A stretch of DNA of 64,000 nt from Octopus bimaculoides (lineage: Eukaryota), in assembly GCF_001194135.2 (NCBI RefSeq), contig NC_068989.1, positions 27,640,704 to 27,704,703 of the forward strand, in the 5' to 3' direction. Shown here piece by piece: positions 13,928 to 26,590 of this stretch; within the stretch, counting starts at the first letter, position 1; every line of letters starts with the position of its first letter. The translations under genes and the position numbers were made by a program. The notes under the pieces were generated by a model. That model made no database searches. It was not told the origin of the DNA and saw nothing but the letters and a program-made list of their open reading frames with translations.

Positions 13928-14121
13928 ATAATCCTTCCTACTATTGACAAAAGGTTTGGAATTTTGGAAGAGGGGACTAGTTAATTTCAACGGCCTAAAT
14001 GTTCAACTGGTACTTATTTTATCGACACCGAAAGAATGAAAGGAAAAGTCGCTCTCAGTAGAATTTGAATTCAGATCAAAAGGACGGACGAAATGCCGCA
14101 AGTATTTTGTCCGGCGTGCTA
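13928..14121 (-). mobile_element. tRNA-derived SINE family B (central cctttcatcctttcggggtcgataaaataagtaccag motif)
   Basis: Reverse complement matches the copy at 59621-59833; 3' tail merges with AAT array at 13916. Confidence 0.8.
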
Positions 14122-14122
14122 A

Positions 14123-14181
14123 AGAAGAAGAAGAAGAAGAAGAAGAAGAAGAAGAAGAAGAAGAAGAAGAAGAAGAAGAAG

Positions 14182-14221
<40 letters not shown>

Positions 14222-14236
14222 GCNNNNNNNNNNAAG

Positions 14237-14279
<43 letters not shown>

Positions 14280-14320
14280 GCAGCAACAGCAACAACAACA
14301 ACAACAGCAACAACAACAAC
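14123..14320. repeat. Compound array (AAG)n then (AAC)n/(CAG) with 10-N gap
   Basis: Direct inspection. Confidence 0.95.
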
Positions 14321-14321
14321 C

Positions 14322-14605
14322 ATTTCTACTGAAGGCACAAGGCTCGAAAATTTTGAGGTGGGGACTAGTCAATTACATCGACCACAGTATTTCATTGGTA
14401 CCTAATTTATCGACCCCGAAATACTGCTAAGAATTTCGTCCAGCGTGCTACCTTTTGTGCCATCTCGCCACCTTAATAATTTTAATCATTTCTACTAAAG
14501 ACACAACGCCTGAAATTTTGAAGGAGGGGAATAGCCGATTACATCGACTCAAGTGTTTCACTGATACTTAATTTATCGACCCCGACTTGATGAGAGGCAA
14601 AGTCT
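14322..14605 (-). mobile_element. Two partial SINE family B copies
   Basis: tttctact...aaggc..gaaattttg...gattacatcgac...ggtac.taatttatcgaccccga repeated at ~14322 and ~14490. Confidence 0.7.
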
Positions 14606-14614
14606 TTATAATAA

Positions 14615-14892
14615 TATCCTGTCTTCATGTTAACACTCGCCAGAAATTTTCCACAGTAGTTTCATTTTTATCACGTGCTTTCACTGCACTACCGAGCGCC
14701 TGTCTGTATGCCTTAGGTATGTGCTGTGTTTTGTTGTAGAAATAAGAGCACCACAAAAACCACGGCACATACCCAAGCCACACAGAGTTGCGCTCGGTAG
14801 CGCAGTGAAAGCACGGGATAAAACTTAAGACTACGGAATAGTAATAATGGGGAAAAGTTTTGGCGAGTGTTAACATCAAGGTAGGCCTATTT
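14615..14892. repeat. Imperfect inverted repeat (arms ~125 and ~143 bp) composed of Dong 3' tail + Dong RT segment
   Basis: 14615-14738 is the reverse complement of 14750-14892, roughly 75-80% identical by eye, including gcgctcggtag.gcagtgaaagcacg and tggcgagtgttaacat. Confidence 0.75.
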
Positions 14893-15778
14893 CAAGGAAA
14901 TAAATTATAACAATTACTGTTTGTGATTGTATGACATCACTCACACAGACACTACTGAAAGTGACATTGTGATACACTTTGAACTGTGGAGGAAAATTAA
15001 ATCATCTGTTATATAAGGCTGACTTGAAGACGAAATAAATGGCTGAGTTTCAACAGTGCAGATATTCAGTAAGGATATCGGAATGGAATTTGGGATTCGA
15101 AGGTGTGGCATGCTTATAATACGAAAAAACAAAATAGGGTCGTCTGATGGCGTAGAACTACCCAATGGCAAGAAAATCAAGGATACTGAGACTAATGGAT
15201 ATAAATATCTGGATATTTTGGAATATGACAAAATCAAGGAAAGTGGAATGAAGGAAAGATTTGGGCGAATATATCTCAGAAGAACCAAATTAATTTTGGG
15301 GAGTAGGCTCAATCAGGGTAGTGAACAAATGGTCTGTTTCCTTAATAAGATATGGCACATGTGTTGTTAAGTAGACAAAGAACGCGCTTGAGGAAATGGA
15401 CAGGAAAGCAGAAAATCGATGACAGTTGACAGGGAACTTCACCCCAAAAGCGATACTGACACGCTGTATGTGCCTTAGAACAGGGGGAGGAAGAGACTTC
15501 ATAGTATCCAACATCTGTGTTGCCAATGAAAAGAACAGTTTGGGATGGTACAACAAACAACAGAGTGAATTCTTGATTGCCCCCGATAGTATTAACAATA
15601 GAATCCCTACCGAAAATGTGATGAACCCACAAATATTTCAGAAACAAGATGAAGAATAAACAGTAAGCGAAAGAAAAATGAAAGCACTACATAGGCAATA
15701 TCTAAGAGAAATCGAAGGAAAAGACAAGATCAACACGTGGAGATGGCTAATAAAAACGAATGTGAAAGGATGCACAAA
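14848..15778 (+). mobile_element. R4/Dong-clade RT C-half and thumb, 5'-truncated, decayed
   Basis: LASVNIKVGLFQG...LNHLLYK.D...FSKDIGMEFGIRRCGMLII...YKYLDILE...CLRTGGGRDF...KALHRQYLREIEGK; interrupted at 3' side by a Penelope-like element. Confidence 0.85.
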
Positions 15779-15782
15779 ATAT

Positions 15783-17000
15783 AGTCGAGGAAATCCTGTG
15801 TAGAATGACATCATCAGTTTTCAATTTTGTAACAGGGTAAAGGACAAAAGAAAGAAAAGAGAAAAACGGAAATAATAATACTTAATGGAACAGTTTTGTG
15901 TAAATATCATGAAATTCACCTGTCACTTTATTCATTCCTCCAGGGCGTGGTGCTAGTAATTCACAAATATATTTGTCTTTATGCATTTTGAGGACTGAAA
16001 ATATGGTAGATCCAGAATAGTTTCCGAGAATGTGCACATTCAGGTGCTCAAAAGTGCAGCCGTTTGATATAAAATATTTGGCATGTTCTGTTGAATTACT
16101 GGTATCGTGTCTGACGCATACCTGTACCCATTGAATCTTTTGTTTAATTGTTCTGCTATGCAACGAGCATACAGTTGTGTTTGCTGCACTCTGCTGCGTA
16201 CACCAAATGGGAAGGATTCATAATGGAATTTAATCGACTCATGTTGCACAATGAACAAGGCTTACCTCTCTTACGGCTGATTTTCAAGGTGTAGCGTGCA
16301 GAAACCGCATTGGTAGTTTTCTTGGAGTTAGAGGTAGCGGTTAATATTTCTCTTATATTTTTATTCCGTCTGAAGGCTACAATAAGCGGCTGAAGGAATA
16401 TTTGTTTGAAACGAAGAAATTTTGCCGCAATATGCTGGCAACTTTCATGTAACATCTTTGAAATGCCACCAAAATTTCGATGTCAGTTAATTACTAATGG
16501 AATTCTTCCAGAAATTTTACTTAGGTTGCTAAAATTATGCGTGGAAGTTTGACTTTCCTTGCTAATTTTAGCTGTCATTTGCGATTTTCTTTAATCTTGA
16601 TTCACTGCATAATGTTGTACAAAAGCATTTGCGTGATTCCAGTAATCTCCTATGTCGGTACAAATCCGTTTTATCCTCAAAAGTTGGGCTTTCGGATTTG
16701 ACTGAATTAAACGATGTGGGCGATATGGGCTTGCAAAGTAACGTTCACTATTATTCCTCCAGAAAACTTAATTCTGTGTCCAAAAACTCAAGGATACTTT
16801 TTGAAAAGCCAGACGTAAATTTTATATTGGACTTAAGGCCATAGATTTTAGAGTAATAGTCACTGAAATGCACGAAGTTGATGAAACTGTCTTGCGAACC
16901 TGAAATAGAGGATTACTAGAAACATGCAAACGCGGTTGCAGTGACATATCGTTCAAACCGTTAAATAATATATTACAAAATGGATCGCGCTCTTCTTGTC
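15783..17000 (-). mobile_element. Penelope-like element, 5'-truncated (RT C-terminus, thumb, GIY-YIG)
   Basis: Minus-strand NIKFTSGFSKSILEFLDT, PHRLIQSNPKAQLLRIKRIC, PLIVAFRRNKNIREIL, KPCSLC...HLVYAAECSKH, and C-terminal PGGMNK. Confidence 0.85.
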
Positions 17001-17001
17001 T

Positions 17002-17039
17002 AATAATAATAATTTATTCTTTTATTAGCCACAAAGTTC

Positions 17040-17106
<67 letters not shown>
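17002..17106. repeat. (AAT)n array
   Basis: Direct inspection. Confidence 0.95.
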
Positions 17107-17248
17107 CCTTTCTACTGTAGACACAAGGCTTGAAATTTTGGAGGAGGGGGTCGAGTCGATTACATCGACCCCAATGCTCCACTGGTACTCAATTTTTCGA
17201 CCCCGAAGGATTGAAAGGCAAAGTCGTCCACGGCTGAATTTGAAACCT
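17104..17248 (-). mobile_element. SINE family B, 3' two-thirds
   Basis: aatcctttctact...gattacatcgacccc...tcgaccccgaagg.ttgaaaggcaaagtcg...gaatttgaa. Confidence 0.8.
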
Positions 17249-17880
17249 GAAAAGTGAAGATGGTGCGGCGATCCTCACTATAAACCTGGCAGATAGCTGA
17301 ATTCGTCTCACATGCGACAGCAGTTGATCCACACAGGCTCACAACTCTCTAATGCACGACACTGAATTATTGCATGCAGAACGGTTTCGTCCCCTCGCAT
17401 GCATCTCAAGCAGGTTCGGCTGTTAGCTTGTATCGAACAAGTAATTACCGCCTGTATCAATGCCATTCCAAAGATCTTTGGAAATTTTCCATGATCTTCG
17501 ACCCGAAGCTCCTCCGGAAGAGACTATTTAGACTGTCCTCGTCGATGCCCAGAGTCAATCCTAGGCCATCATCGCTCATACTCTCAACTTCTGCAGAAAT
17601 CTTAGGTTGTTTTCTTTGCAAAAGTCAAAGGGAACGGTGCCTTCTACGCTGCGTTGAATACTATGCCTCGGGTCAATTAAGCACGGAGAAGCAGATAATT
17701 TTTTTTCCTACAACTACTCTTCTATTTAGACAAGTGCTGGCCATGTTGTGAAAAAAAGATAGATTAAAAACTAAATCCGTGAAAGATTTCGGAACGGGAT
17801 CTCCGCCCGTTCTCTGATTGAAACATGGATGAAGCACTTTTAGAAGACACATGAATACATCTGCCAAACAATAGTTACAA
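17249..17880 (-). mobile_element. L1/Tx1-like LINE fragment (C-terminal zinc knuckle region)
   Basis: Minus strand SRTCLRCMRGDETVLHAIIQC; nucleotide homology to 39720-39900 (gatagc...acatgcgacagcagttg). Confidence 0.7.
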
Positions 17881-17968
17881 TGTCAGCGGCCGAAAACGGC
17901 AAAAAAAATTTTTTAATTCGAGAAAACTCACCAGCGATGATTCGGACGTGGTTTTCTCGTGTGATGAC

Positions 17969-17977
17969 AATAATAAC

Positions 17978-18051
<74 letters not shown>
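17969..18051. repeat. (AAT)n array
   Basis: Direct inspection. Confidence 0.95.
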
Positions 18052-18054
<3 letters not shown>

Positions 18055-19377
18055 ATAAATGGCAGACAGTGCTACAGCTCCAAACAAAAGGAGGGACTGG
18101 TGAAAACGAAAGCCATCCCCATTAGAAGAAGAATATTCCAGGGAAACAGGCTCTCTCCACTCCTGTTCTGTCTGGCACTCAGACCTTTAACTGAACTGCT
18201 AAATAAAACTGGATGCGATACAAATGTTACGGCAAAACAGTCAGCCACCTTTTATATATGGATGGCCTAAAATTATACGCTAGAAATGATAAAGAGCTGG
18301 AAACACTACTACAGACAGTACATGTATTTACCAAGGAAATAGATATGAAATTCAGATTAGAAAAATATGCCAAAGCAACCCTGAAAAGAGGAAAACTAGT
18401 TAAGACTAGCAACATCACACTAGATAAAGCCAATGAAATAAGAGAATTAGACGAAAGCCAGCCATACAAATATTTAGGAATCAATGAACTAGATAGGATA
18501 CAACACACACAAATGAAAGAAAAAATAAAGAAAGAGTACTANNNNNNNNNNNNNNNNNNNNNNNNNNNNNNNNNNNNNNNNNNNNNNNNNNNNNNNNNNN
18601 NNNNNNNNNNNNNNNNNNNNNNNNNNNNNNNNNNNNNNNNNNNNNNNNNNNNNNNNNNNNNNNNNNNNNNNNNNNNNNNNNNNNNNNNNNNNNNNNNNNN
18701 NNNNNNNNNNNNNNNNNNNNNNNNNNNNNNNNNNNNNNNNNNNNNNNNNNNNNNNNNNNNNNNNNNNNNNNNNNNNNNNNNNNNNNNNNNNNNNNNNNNN
18801 NNNNNNNNNNNNNNNNNNNNNNNNNNNNNNNNNNNNNNNNNNNNNNNNNNNNNNNNNNNNNNNNNNNNNNNNNNNNNNNNNNNNNNNNNNNNNNNNNNNN
18901 NNNNNNNNNNNNNNNNNNNNNNNNNNNNNNNNNNNNNNNNNNNNNNNNNNNNNNNNNNNNNNNNNNNNNNNNNNNNNNNNNNNNNNNNNNNNNNNNNNNN
19001 NNNNNNNNNNNNNNNNNNNNNNNNNNNNNNNNNNNNNNNNNNNNNNNNNNNNNNNNNNNNNNNNNNNNNNNNNNNNNNNNNNNNNNNNNNNNNNNNNNNN
19101 NNNNNNNNNNNNNNNNNNNNNNNNNNNNNNNNNNNNNNNNNNNNNNNNNNNNNNNNNNNNNNNNNNNNNNAGCCTCCCCACCAGAAATTACCAAAAACAT
19201 ATAATGAAAAGAAATATAACAAGTAACTGCAGAATATGTGGTGATGGACAAGAAACAATAAATCATATCATCTCTGGCTGCCCAGTCCTGGCTAAGAAGG
19301 AATATATTCACAGACGCGACAAAGCTGGGACCTATATAGTGAAGTGAAAGCACGTTATAAAAATAAAACTACTGAAT
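18052..19377 (+). mobile_element. R4/Dong-clade element, 5'-truncated, gap inside, RLE deleted
   Basis: IFQGNRLSPLLFCLAL...SHLLYMDGLKLYA...YKYLGINE; after gap CRICGDGQETINHIISGCPVLAKKEYIHRRD; then tail gtgaagtgaaagcacgttataaaaataaaactactg; AAT-type arrays on both sides. Confidence 0.9.
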
Positions 19378-19515
<138 letters not shown>

Positions 19516-19518
19516 AAG

Positions 19519-20063
19519 TTCCCGAGGCAGTGGCTTTCATGTCTTCTCATCTTAACTGATTGAAAATGTTATCATGTATATTGTTTTTTCTTGGTATAAA
19601 AAGATGCGCTACAGCAAATATTCTGCTCAATACCACAGATTTCCTTGTCAGTTGTTTGACCTTAACCGGTTGATCATGTCTGTTAGTGGCTGACGATTTG
19701 TGCATGTCTGATCATGGGCAGAAGTAGTGGGGGAGCATCATAACCATGTGTTGAGAGGAATTCTTTAGGGTTTGGATAATTCACCTTTGAAAACATAGTC
19801 GTTTCGCTCAACATCCTTAAACAATCCTTATTCAGGGATCTTGGGGACGGTATGGGCTACTCGACCTGAAGAAAATTCTATCTGGGCCCCACCTGCAAGG
19901 TCATGTGCTGTTTACCTTGATATGAAATCACCATGTCGCGCACATATGATTGTGATGCATGTGCCTAGTAGTCCCTTATCAGACTAGTAGTCAAGATGGG
20001 CATATTGAGCTTCATACATTTTACCGCCTTGTCACTTTGATGGCATGCACTGCTCTCTCACTC
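19519..20063 (+). mobile_element. Non-coding (AAT)n-flanked retroposon or long Dong-type 3' UTR, copy 1
   Basis: Collinear with 38499-39120; shares 3' end gatggcatgcactgctctctcactc + AAT tail with 37751-37807. Confidence 0.75.
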
Positions 20064-21742
20064 AATAATGATAATTGCTCCCTCCCCCCACTCAAATCCT
20101 GCTGCTGATGCTGCTGACTAAAAATTACAAAAGATCGACAATGGCCTGAATTGAGTCTAACAGACATGTATATGCCACCATTCTTCAGCATCACACCAGC
20201 TCATTAAATAGAACAAATTCTATTGGTTATTGATTTCCTATCATCTTTATCAGCCCAGTCACAACTGACATTTCTACAGCATGCCCGCTTTCAAGACTTT
20301 CATTTTACATTTGATAATATATCTGGGTTGTTTTGTTTATTGAAGCTCATATGACTGGTTGAGTGCCAAATATGACAGAAAAAGGCAATCTGTTTACGAA
20401 CATCTCTTACATTTCTGGCTACGACTTCGACGGGGAAAATTATACGTAGTAATACTGAATTATATGAATGAAAACAATTCGAATAACAATTCCCATGTGT
20501 TTTGCATACTTATTACAAGCATTAATGTAAAGAAATCCGGAATAATAGATATTAAACGCCAGCTTGAATTCACGTAGCTACCTTCTACTGATGCTCTTCG
20601 ACGACTTTAAGTATGCATATTAAAATCAGGCAAATATATACCGTCACATACTTTAATTCTATTGTGCTCGCTCGATTTTTCAAAAAATTCTATATCTTTG
20701 TATATCATTCTAGATATATGTAAGAGCGTAGAATGACACGAATTAAAAGTAATGTTTCATAGATCGCATTGATAAAGCTAACTCTTGTATTTTCCCAAAA
20801 ATCTGTATGACAAGCATATACCGTTTGTCAAAAGCGTATCCAGTGACAGTTTGCGACCTCGTAGGACAGATATTAAAGCTTGTGATGGAATTTCATTTAA
20901 CTAATTATAACGTAGGCTACATTAATATACGTTCAAAGCAATAGCAAGTATACAATTTAATGTTTTCTGAGCATACATAAGATATGATTTCAATTTTGAC
21001 TAGTCTAGAGGTGAGTTCCACTTTCTTAACTCGATATCTTCACTCTGTCAATCAGCTGTCTATATTTGCTACACAATATTCAGGTAAATGAGTATCTTAA
21101 TGTATTCAAGTTCTAAGAAAAATTATCTATTCATCTTACTTTCCTCGATTAATAAAAGTTTTTCACCCTTCATATGTGATATATAACAACAAACTCAAGA
21201 AGAAATTTCATCATTTTCGTGCTTTGTGTCTATTACATATTTACTACTGTGCAATACTTATATATATATATATATACATATATGTTTTTGATTTGACCTA
21301 TCTCCCCTTTCTAACAATACACATCTTTACTCCCTCCATCTATCAAAAAATGCTACCTATACATTATCATATATTCATGCACAACACAAAACCCTTTCGA
21401 AAGAGCAACACTGATTCCACGACTCAAAGCTTTGAATTTACTAAATATTAAACTACTATTTGAACTTACACACTATGTGCAGGAATCGTTTTTTACAAAT
21501 TCAATAAAACATTTTCCTCGAATAATGGAACTGCAACTACAAAATCTTTATATATGTTATTTCTACTTTCGTTATCTTATTTTCCTCTATATTACCGAAA
21601 TCTTCCACAATGATATGAGTTCAAACATTTTCTCAAACCGTCTCTGGTAAAGGGATAATATAACAGAAACAGCTGTAAGACTACTTCATCATAAATGTCC
21701 TAAAAACTCCTCACAGCCTTCGAATTGTTATATTATTCTGTC

Positions 21743-21825
<83 letters not shown>

Positions 21826-22150
21826 GTGTGTTTGTGTGTGTAAATATATGTATATATATGTATGTATACATACGTGTTCATATATGTATATATATATATA
21901 TANNNNNNNNNNNNNNNNNNNNNNNNNNNNNNNNNNNNNNNNNNNNNNNNNNNNNNNNNNNNNNNNNNNNNNNNNNNNNNNNNNNNNNNNNNNNNNNNNN
22001 NNNNNNNNNNNNNNNNNNNNNNNNNNNNNNNNNNNNNNNNNNNNNNNNNNNNNNNNNNNNNNNNNNNNNNNNNNNNNNNNNNNNNNNNNNNNNNNNNNNN
22101 NNNNNNNNNNNNNNNNNNNNNNNNNNNNNNNNNTATATATGAACATATAT

Positions 22151-22199
<49 letters not shown>

Positions 22200-22204
<5 letters not shown>

Positions 22205-22560
22205 TGTGCTGTCAACTCACAAATACAGTACAATCTATGTTCACAGGCAGTGAAAGACTTGGGGATCAGTATGAGCAATGACGCATCATGTTCTATGCAC
22301 TTAAGAAAAATGGCAGTAAAGTGCAGACAACTAGCAGGATGGATATTGAGGTCCTTCAAAACAAGAGACCAAGAAACTATGTTGACCCTCTGAAGAACCG
22401 TTGTTCTCGGCCAGCTACCTGGACTAATGTTACCAGTTATGGCCACCACATAGTTCCAAACTAACAGTGGTGTTTGGAGCAGTCCAACGCCACTAACACT
22501 AAAAAGATTGAAACAGAGCAGCGGATGAGCTACAGGTATAGGCTAAGAAACATACAGCGT
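22200..22560 (+). mobile_element. CR1/L2-group LINE RT C-terminal fragment
   Basis: AVKDLGISMSNDASCSMHLRKMAVKCRQLAGWILRSFKTRD...AVQRH.TKKIE; homologous to 27560-28322. Confidence 0.75.
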
Positions 22561-22622
22561 GGTGAAACACATAGCCAAGCCCTCATTATAATTATGTATA
22601 TAATGATAAAATATATGTATAT

Positions 22623-22655
<33 letters not shown>

Positions 22656-24689
22656 NNNNNNNNNNNNNNNNNNNNNNNNNNNNNNNNNNNNNNNNNNNNN
22701 NNNNNNNNNNNNNNNNNNNNNNNNNNNNNNNNNNNNNNNNNNNNNNNNNNNNNNNNNNNNNNNNNNNNNNNNNNNNNNNNNNNNNNNNNNNNNNNNNNNN
22801 NNNNNNNNNNNNNNNNNNNNNNNNNNNNNNNNNNNNNNNNNNNNNNNNNNNNNNNNNNNNNNNNNNNNNNNNNNNNNNNNNNNNNNNNNNNNNNNNNNNN
22901 NNNNNNNNNNNNNNNNNNNNNNNNNNNNNNNNNNNNNNNNNNNNNNNNNNNNNNNNNNNNNNNNNNNNNNNNNNNNNNNNNNNNNNNNNNNNNNNNNNNN
23001 NNNNNNNNNNNNNNNNNNNNNNNNNNNNNNNNNNNNNNNNNNNNNNNNNNNNNNNNNNNNNNNNNNNNNNNNNNNNNNNNNNNNNNNNNNNNNNNNNNNN
23101 NNNNNNNNNNNNNNNNNNNNNNNNNNNNNNNNNNNNNNNNNNNNNNNNNNNNNNNNNNNNNNNNNNNNNNNNNNNNNNNNNNNNNNNNNNNNNNNNNNNN
23201 NNNNNNNNNNNNNNNNNNNNNNNNNNNNNNNNNNNNNNNNNNNNNNNNNNNNNNNNNNNNNNNNNNNNNNNNNNNNNNNNNNNNNNNNNNNNNNNNNNNN
23301 NNNNNNNNNNNNNNNNNNNNNNNNNNNNNNNNNNNNNNNNNNNNNNNNNNNNNNNNNNNNNNNNNNNNNNNNNNNNNNNNNNNNNNNNNNNNNNNNNNNN
23401 NNNNNNNNNNNNNNNNNNNNNNNNNNNNNNNNNNNNNNNNNNNNNNNNNNNNNNNNNNNNNNNNNNNNNNNNNNNNNNNNNNNNNNNNNNNNNNNNNNNN
23501 NNNNNNNNNNNNNNNNNNNNNNNNNNNNNNNNNNNNNNNNNNNNNNNNNNNGTATTTATATATATAGTTATATATATATATGTGTGTCTATATATATATT
23601 TATATATATATATATGTAGTTAATGAAATATATCCTTTGAGAATAATATAAGAAATGACTAAAACTTTAAAGGTATTTAGAGATTCAAATAGAGCGATTA
23701 TATATTAGAAAGGAAATGCAGGAAAATGACATCAGAAAAATCACATTAAGTTATAACTATGACAATGTAAAAAGGTTTGAGACATCTTACGATCGTTTCG
23801 TGAATGTATTTGAAATGAAATCCAAATTTATAATCATTATTTTGTACTACATCCACTCATCAGAGAAAAGGATCAATTTTCGTTCAGTCAATCGAATGAT
23901 AGAAATGTATAAAAAAGGTGTTATTTAAAACGTCAATTGTATACATGTATAAACCTCGGTTTAACATTTTGAAAAAGTAATATAAATCCAAGGTAAAATC
24001 CGTAATGGCTGTATACAGATAGAAGTCCCATAATTCCTTTTCTCTTCAGTATGTGATCCGTAAGTGTAAAGAATTAAAGTGGTTAAATGTTGCTTTGATA
24101 TATACAAAACTGGAAGATATCATTATTATATTATATGCAAATGTGAAAATATCCGTGTACTGACCCAATATAGAGTAAATTAATGTGTTGTATTTCAAGT
24201 ACTATATTTAAAATCAGTTTGTCATGTATTAGAGGAGTGCAGGTTCAAAATTCAAGAAGACAGATGTCAGGCACTCATGTAATGGATATTATGTGAACAT
24301 GTGTATAATCTAAAATAGTTCAAATTTTAAGTTTCTATTTTCTTTCTTACAACAATCCTTCTATTTTATTATGATACCCCAATATGAAATACAAGGTATT
24401 AATGTGAATTTTATCTTGATGATCTCTTATAGTATTTAAAAGTTTTATAAAACCTATGTCTACATGTGGATTCTTCTTCCGATTGGCAATTAATTGAATT
24501 ATGTTTATATAATATGTATAGCGATTCTTTTATACTTAGAGGGCAGTTAGATTTATGGGTATACGGTGTACTGAGTCAATAATTGACCAGCATAGTCTTG
24601 TTAAAGTTTTTTTTTGTATGAGTTTACGTAGATGTGTAGCCAATGATGTAGTGTTATTCATAATATTCGGTTTAAATGAATATATAGTT

Positions 24690-24765
24690 TCTTGGTCTCT
24701 TGTCTTCAACGCCTTCAGTATCCAGTTGTCTGCACTTTGCTGTCATCTTGGTAATGTGTATATAA
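24690..24765 (-). mobile_element. Short CR1/L2-group LINE fragment
   Basis: HITKMTAKCRQLDT...FKTRD-like; same family as 22200 and 28322 copies. Confidence 0.6.
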
Positions 24766-24770
24766 TGTAA

Positions 24771-24801
<31 letters not shown>

Positions 24802-24869
24802 GAAGTAGTTACTGTTAACACCTCGTATATATGTATGTATGTATGTATGTACGTATGAATGCATATCAT

Positions 24870-25250
24870 CTTTTATATGTTACAGTCACTTGACTGTGGC
24901 CATGCTGGGGCAACGGTTTTAAGGGTTTTAGTCAGACAAATCACCCTCAGTACATATTTTTGAAGTCTGGTGCTTATTCTCTCGGTTCTTGCTGCCGAAT
25001 CGCTAGTTAGAGAGACGTCAACACACTAATACCTGTTGTCAAGCGATGGTGAGAGACAAACAACAACGCTAAGACACACACTCATAGATATATACATATA
25101 CACAAGGGGCTACTTTCAGTTTCCGTTTACCAAATCCACTCACAAGACATTAGTCAGTCCGAAGCTATAGAAGAAGACACCTACCCATCGTGCGACGCAG
25201 CGAGACTATAAAAGAAGAATGCGGTTGGAAAGCACGCTTCGTATCACACA
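24870..25250 (-). mobile_element. SINE family A, near full length, diverged
   Basis: Contains ctttcagtttccgtttaccaaatccactcacaag and 3' gactgtggccatgctgggg in minus orientation. Confidence 0.8.
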
Positions 25251-25374
25251 ATCATGTAGTATGTATTTATAAATGTATACATGTAACTGCAGGAATATAT
25301 ATTACATATATGCATAGAAGTGCGTATGTATAAGCGCGGGCCTGTGTGTGTTTGTGTGCTTTCTGTGGTGAGGA

Positions 25375-25456
<82 letters not shown>

Positions 25457-25494
25457 ATGTGTATGTGTGTGTGTTTATGTGTGTGTGTGTTTAT

Positions 25495-25544
<50 letters not shown>

Positions 25545-26211
25545 TAAAGTAAGCTCCCTCATCTGTTGGCACTTGCATTATTTGGCAGAAAGTGTGGTAT
25601 TAATGTTTTATAAACAAACATAAGAAACAGAACATGATCCTCATGCTTTGATAAATAGTTCGTGACCCTTTTCTTCTAGAAGTCAATAATATTTCTGTTT
25701 GGAATTTTCACCACATCTAGAAACTACATAACATGTCAATGCCAAAAATATTATCTTGAAATGTGATATTTAATATAAAACTCTGCATAACGTAATTGTT
25801 CATGAAATGAATTACGAGGAAATGTACCAATATCCCTTTCCCTATTTCAATTTAGAAGCTGTGATTTCCAGAAAAAATTTGTAACTTTGCGTATATGTAT
25901 AAAGTAGATATACGCGTGTATGTATGTGTGTATGTATGTATATACGTATGTATGTATGGATCTATCTATCTATATACAAATGTGTGTGTGTGTGTTTATG
26001 CGTGTGCGTCTACGTGTGTATAATACATACACATATATATGTATGTGTATATAAATATATATTTGTGTGTGTATTGTGTGTGTGATATGTGTGTATTGTG
26101 TGTGTGTTGTGTGTTTGAGTGAGTGTGAGTGTGTGTGTGTATGTGATAGAGAGAGATAAAGTACGCTCCCTCATCTGTTGGCACTCGCATCATCTGCTAG
26201 AAAATTTGCTA

Positions 26212-26590
26212 TGAGGCGCAGACGTCGTTGTGTAGTAAGACGCTTGCCTCCAAACAACATGTTTCCGGACTTAGTCCACTACCTGGCACCTTGGTCAAAT
26301 GTCTTCTGCTATAGCCTCCGGCCCGCAAAAGCCTTGTGAGTGGATTTGGTAGACGGAAACGGAAAGAAGCCCGTTGTATATATGTATTTATATGCATATG
26401 TTTGTTCTCCCACTGTCGCTTGACAACCGATATTGGTGTGCTTACGTCCACGTAACTTAGCGGTCTGGCAATAAGCGACTGATAGAATAAGTACTAGGCT
26501 CACAAAGAATAAGTCTTGGGGTCGATCTTTTCGACTAAAGGTGGTGCTCCAACATGGCCGCAGTCAAATGTCTGAAACAAGTAAAAGAAT
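26212..26590 (+). mobile_element. SINE family A, near full length
   Basis: tRNA-like head, CORE-like tggcaccttggtcaaatgtcttct, tggatttggtagacggaaac, internal TA/TG microsatellite, 3' end ctgaaacaagtaaaag. Confidence 0.85.

Noticed and set aside
14629-14875. piggyBac-like MITE (TTAA-cactcgcc … ggcgagtg-TTAA)
   Set aside because: The apparent TIR and TTAA are Dong RT coding sequence (LASVN) present in both arms, and arm homology extends beyond the TTAA.
15783-15817. CTGATGA at the 3' end of the Penelope-like element (minus strand)
   Set aside because: Position is suggestive, but there is no GAAA or stem III; at best a truncated relic.
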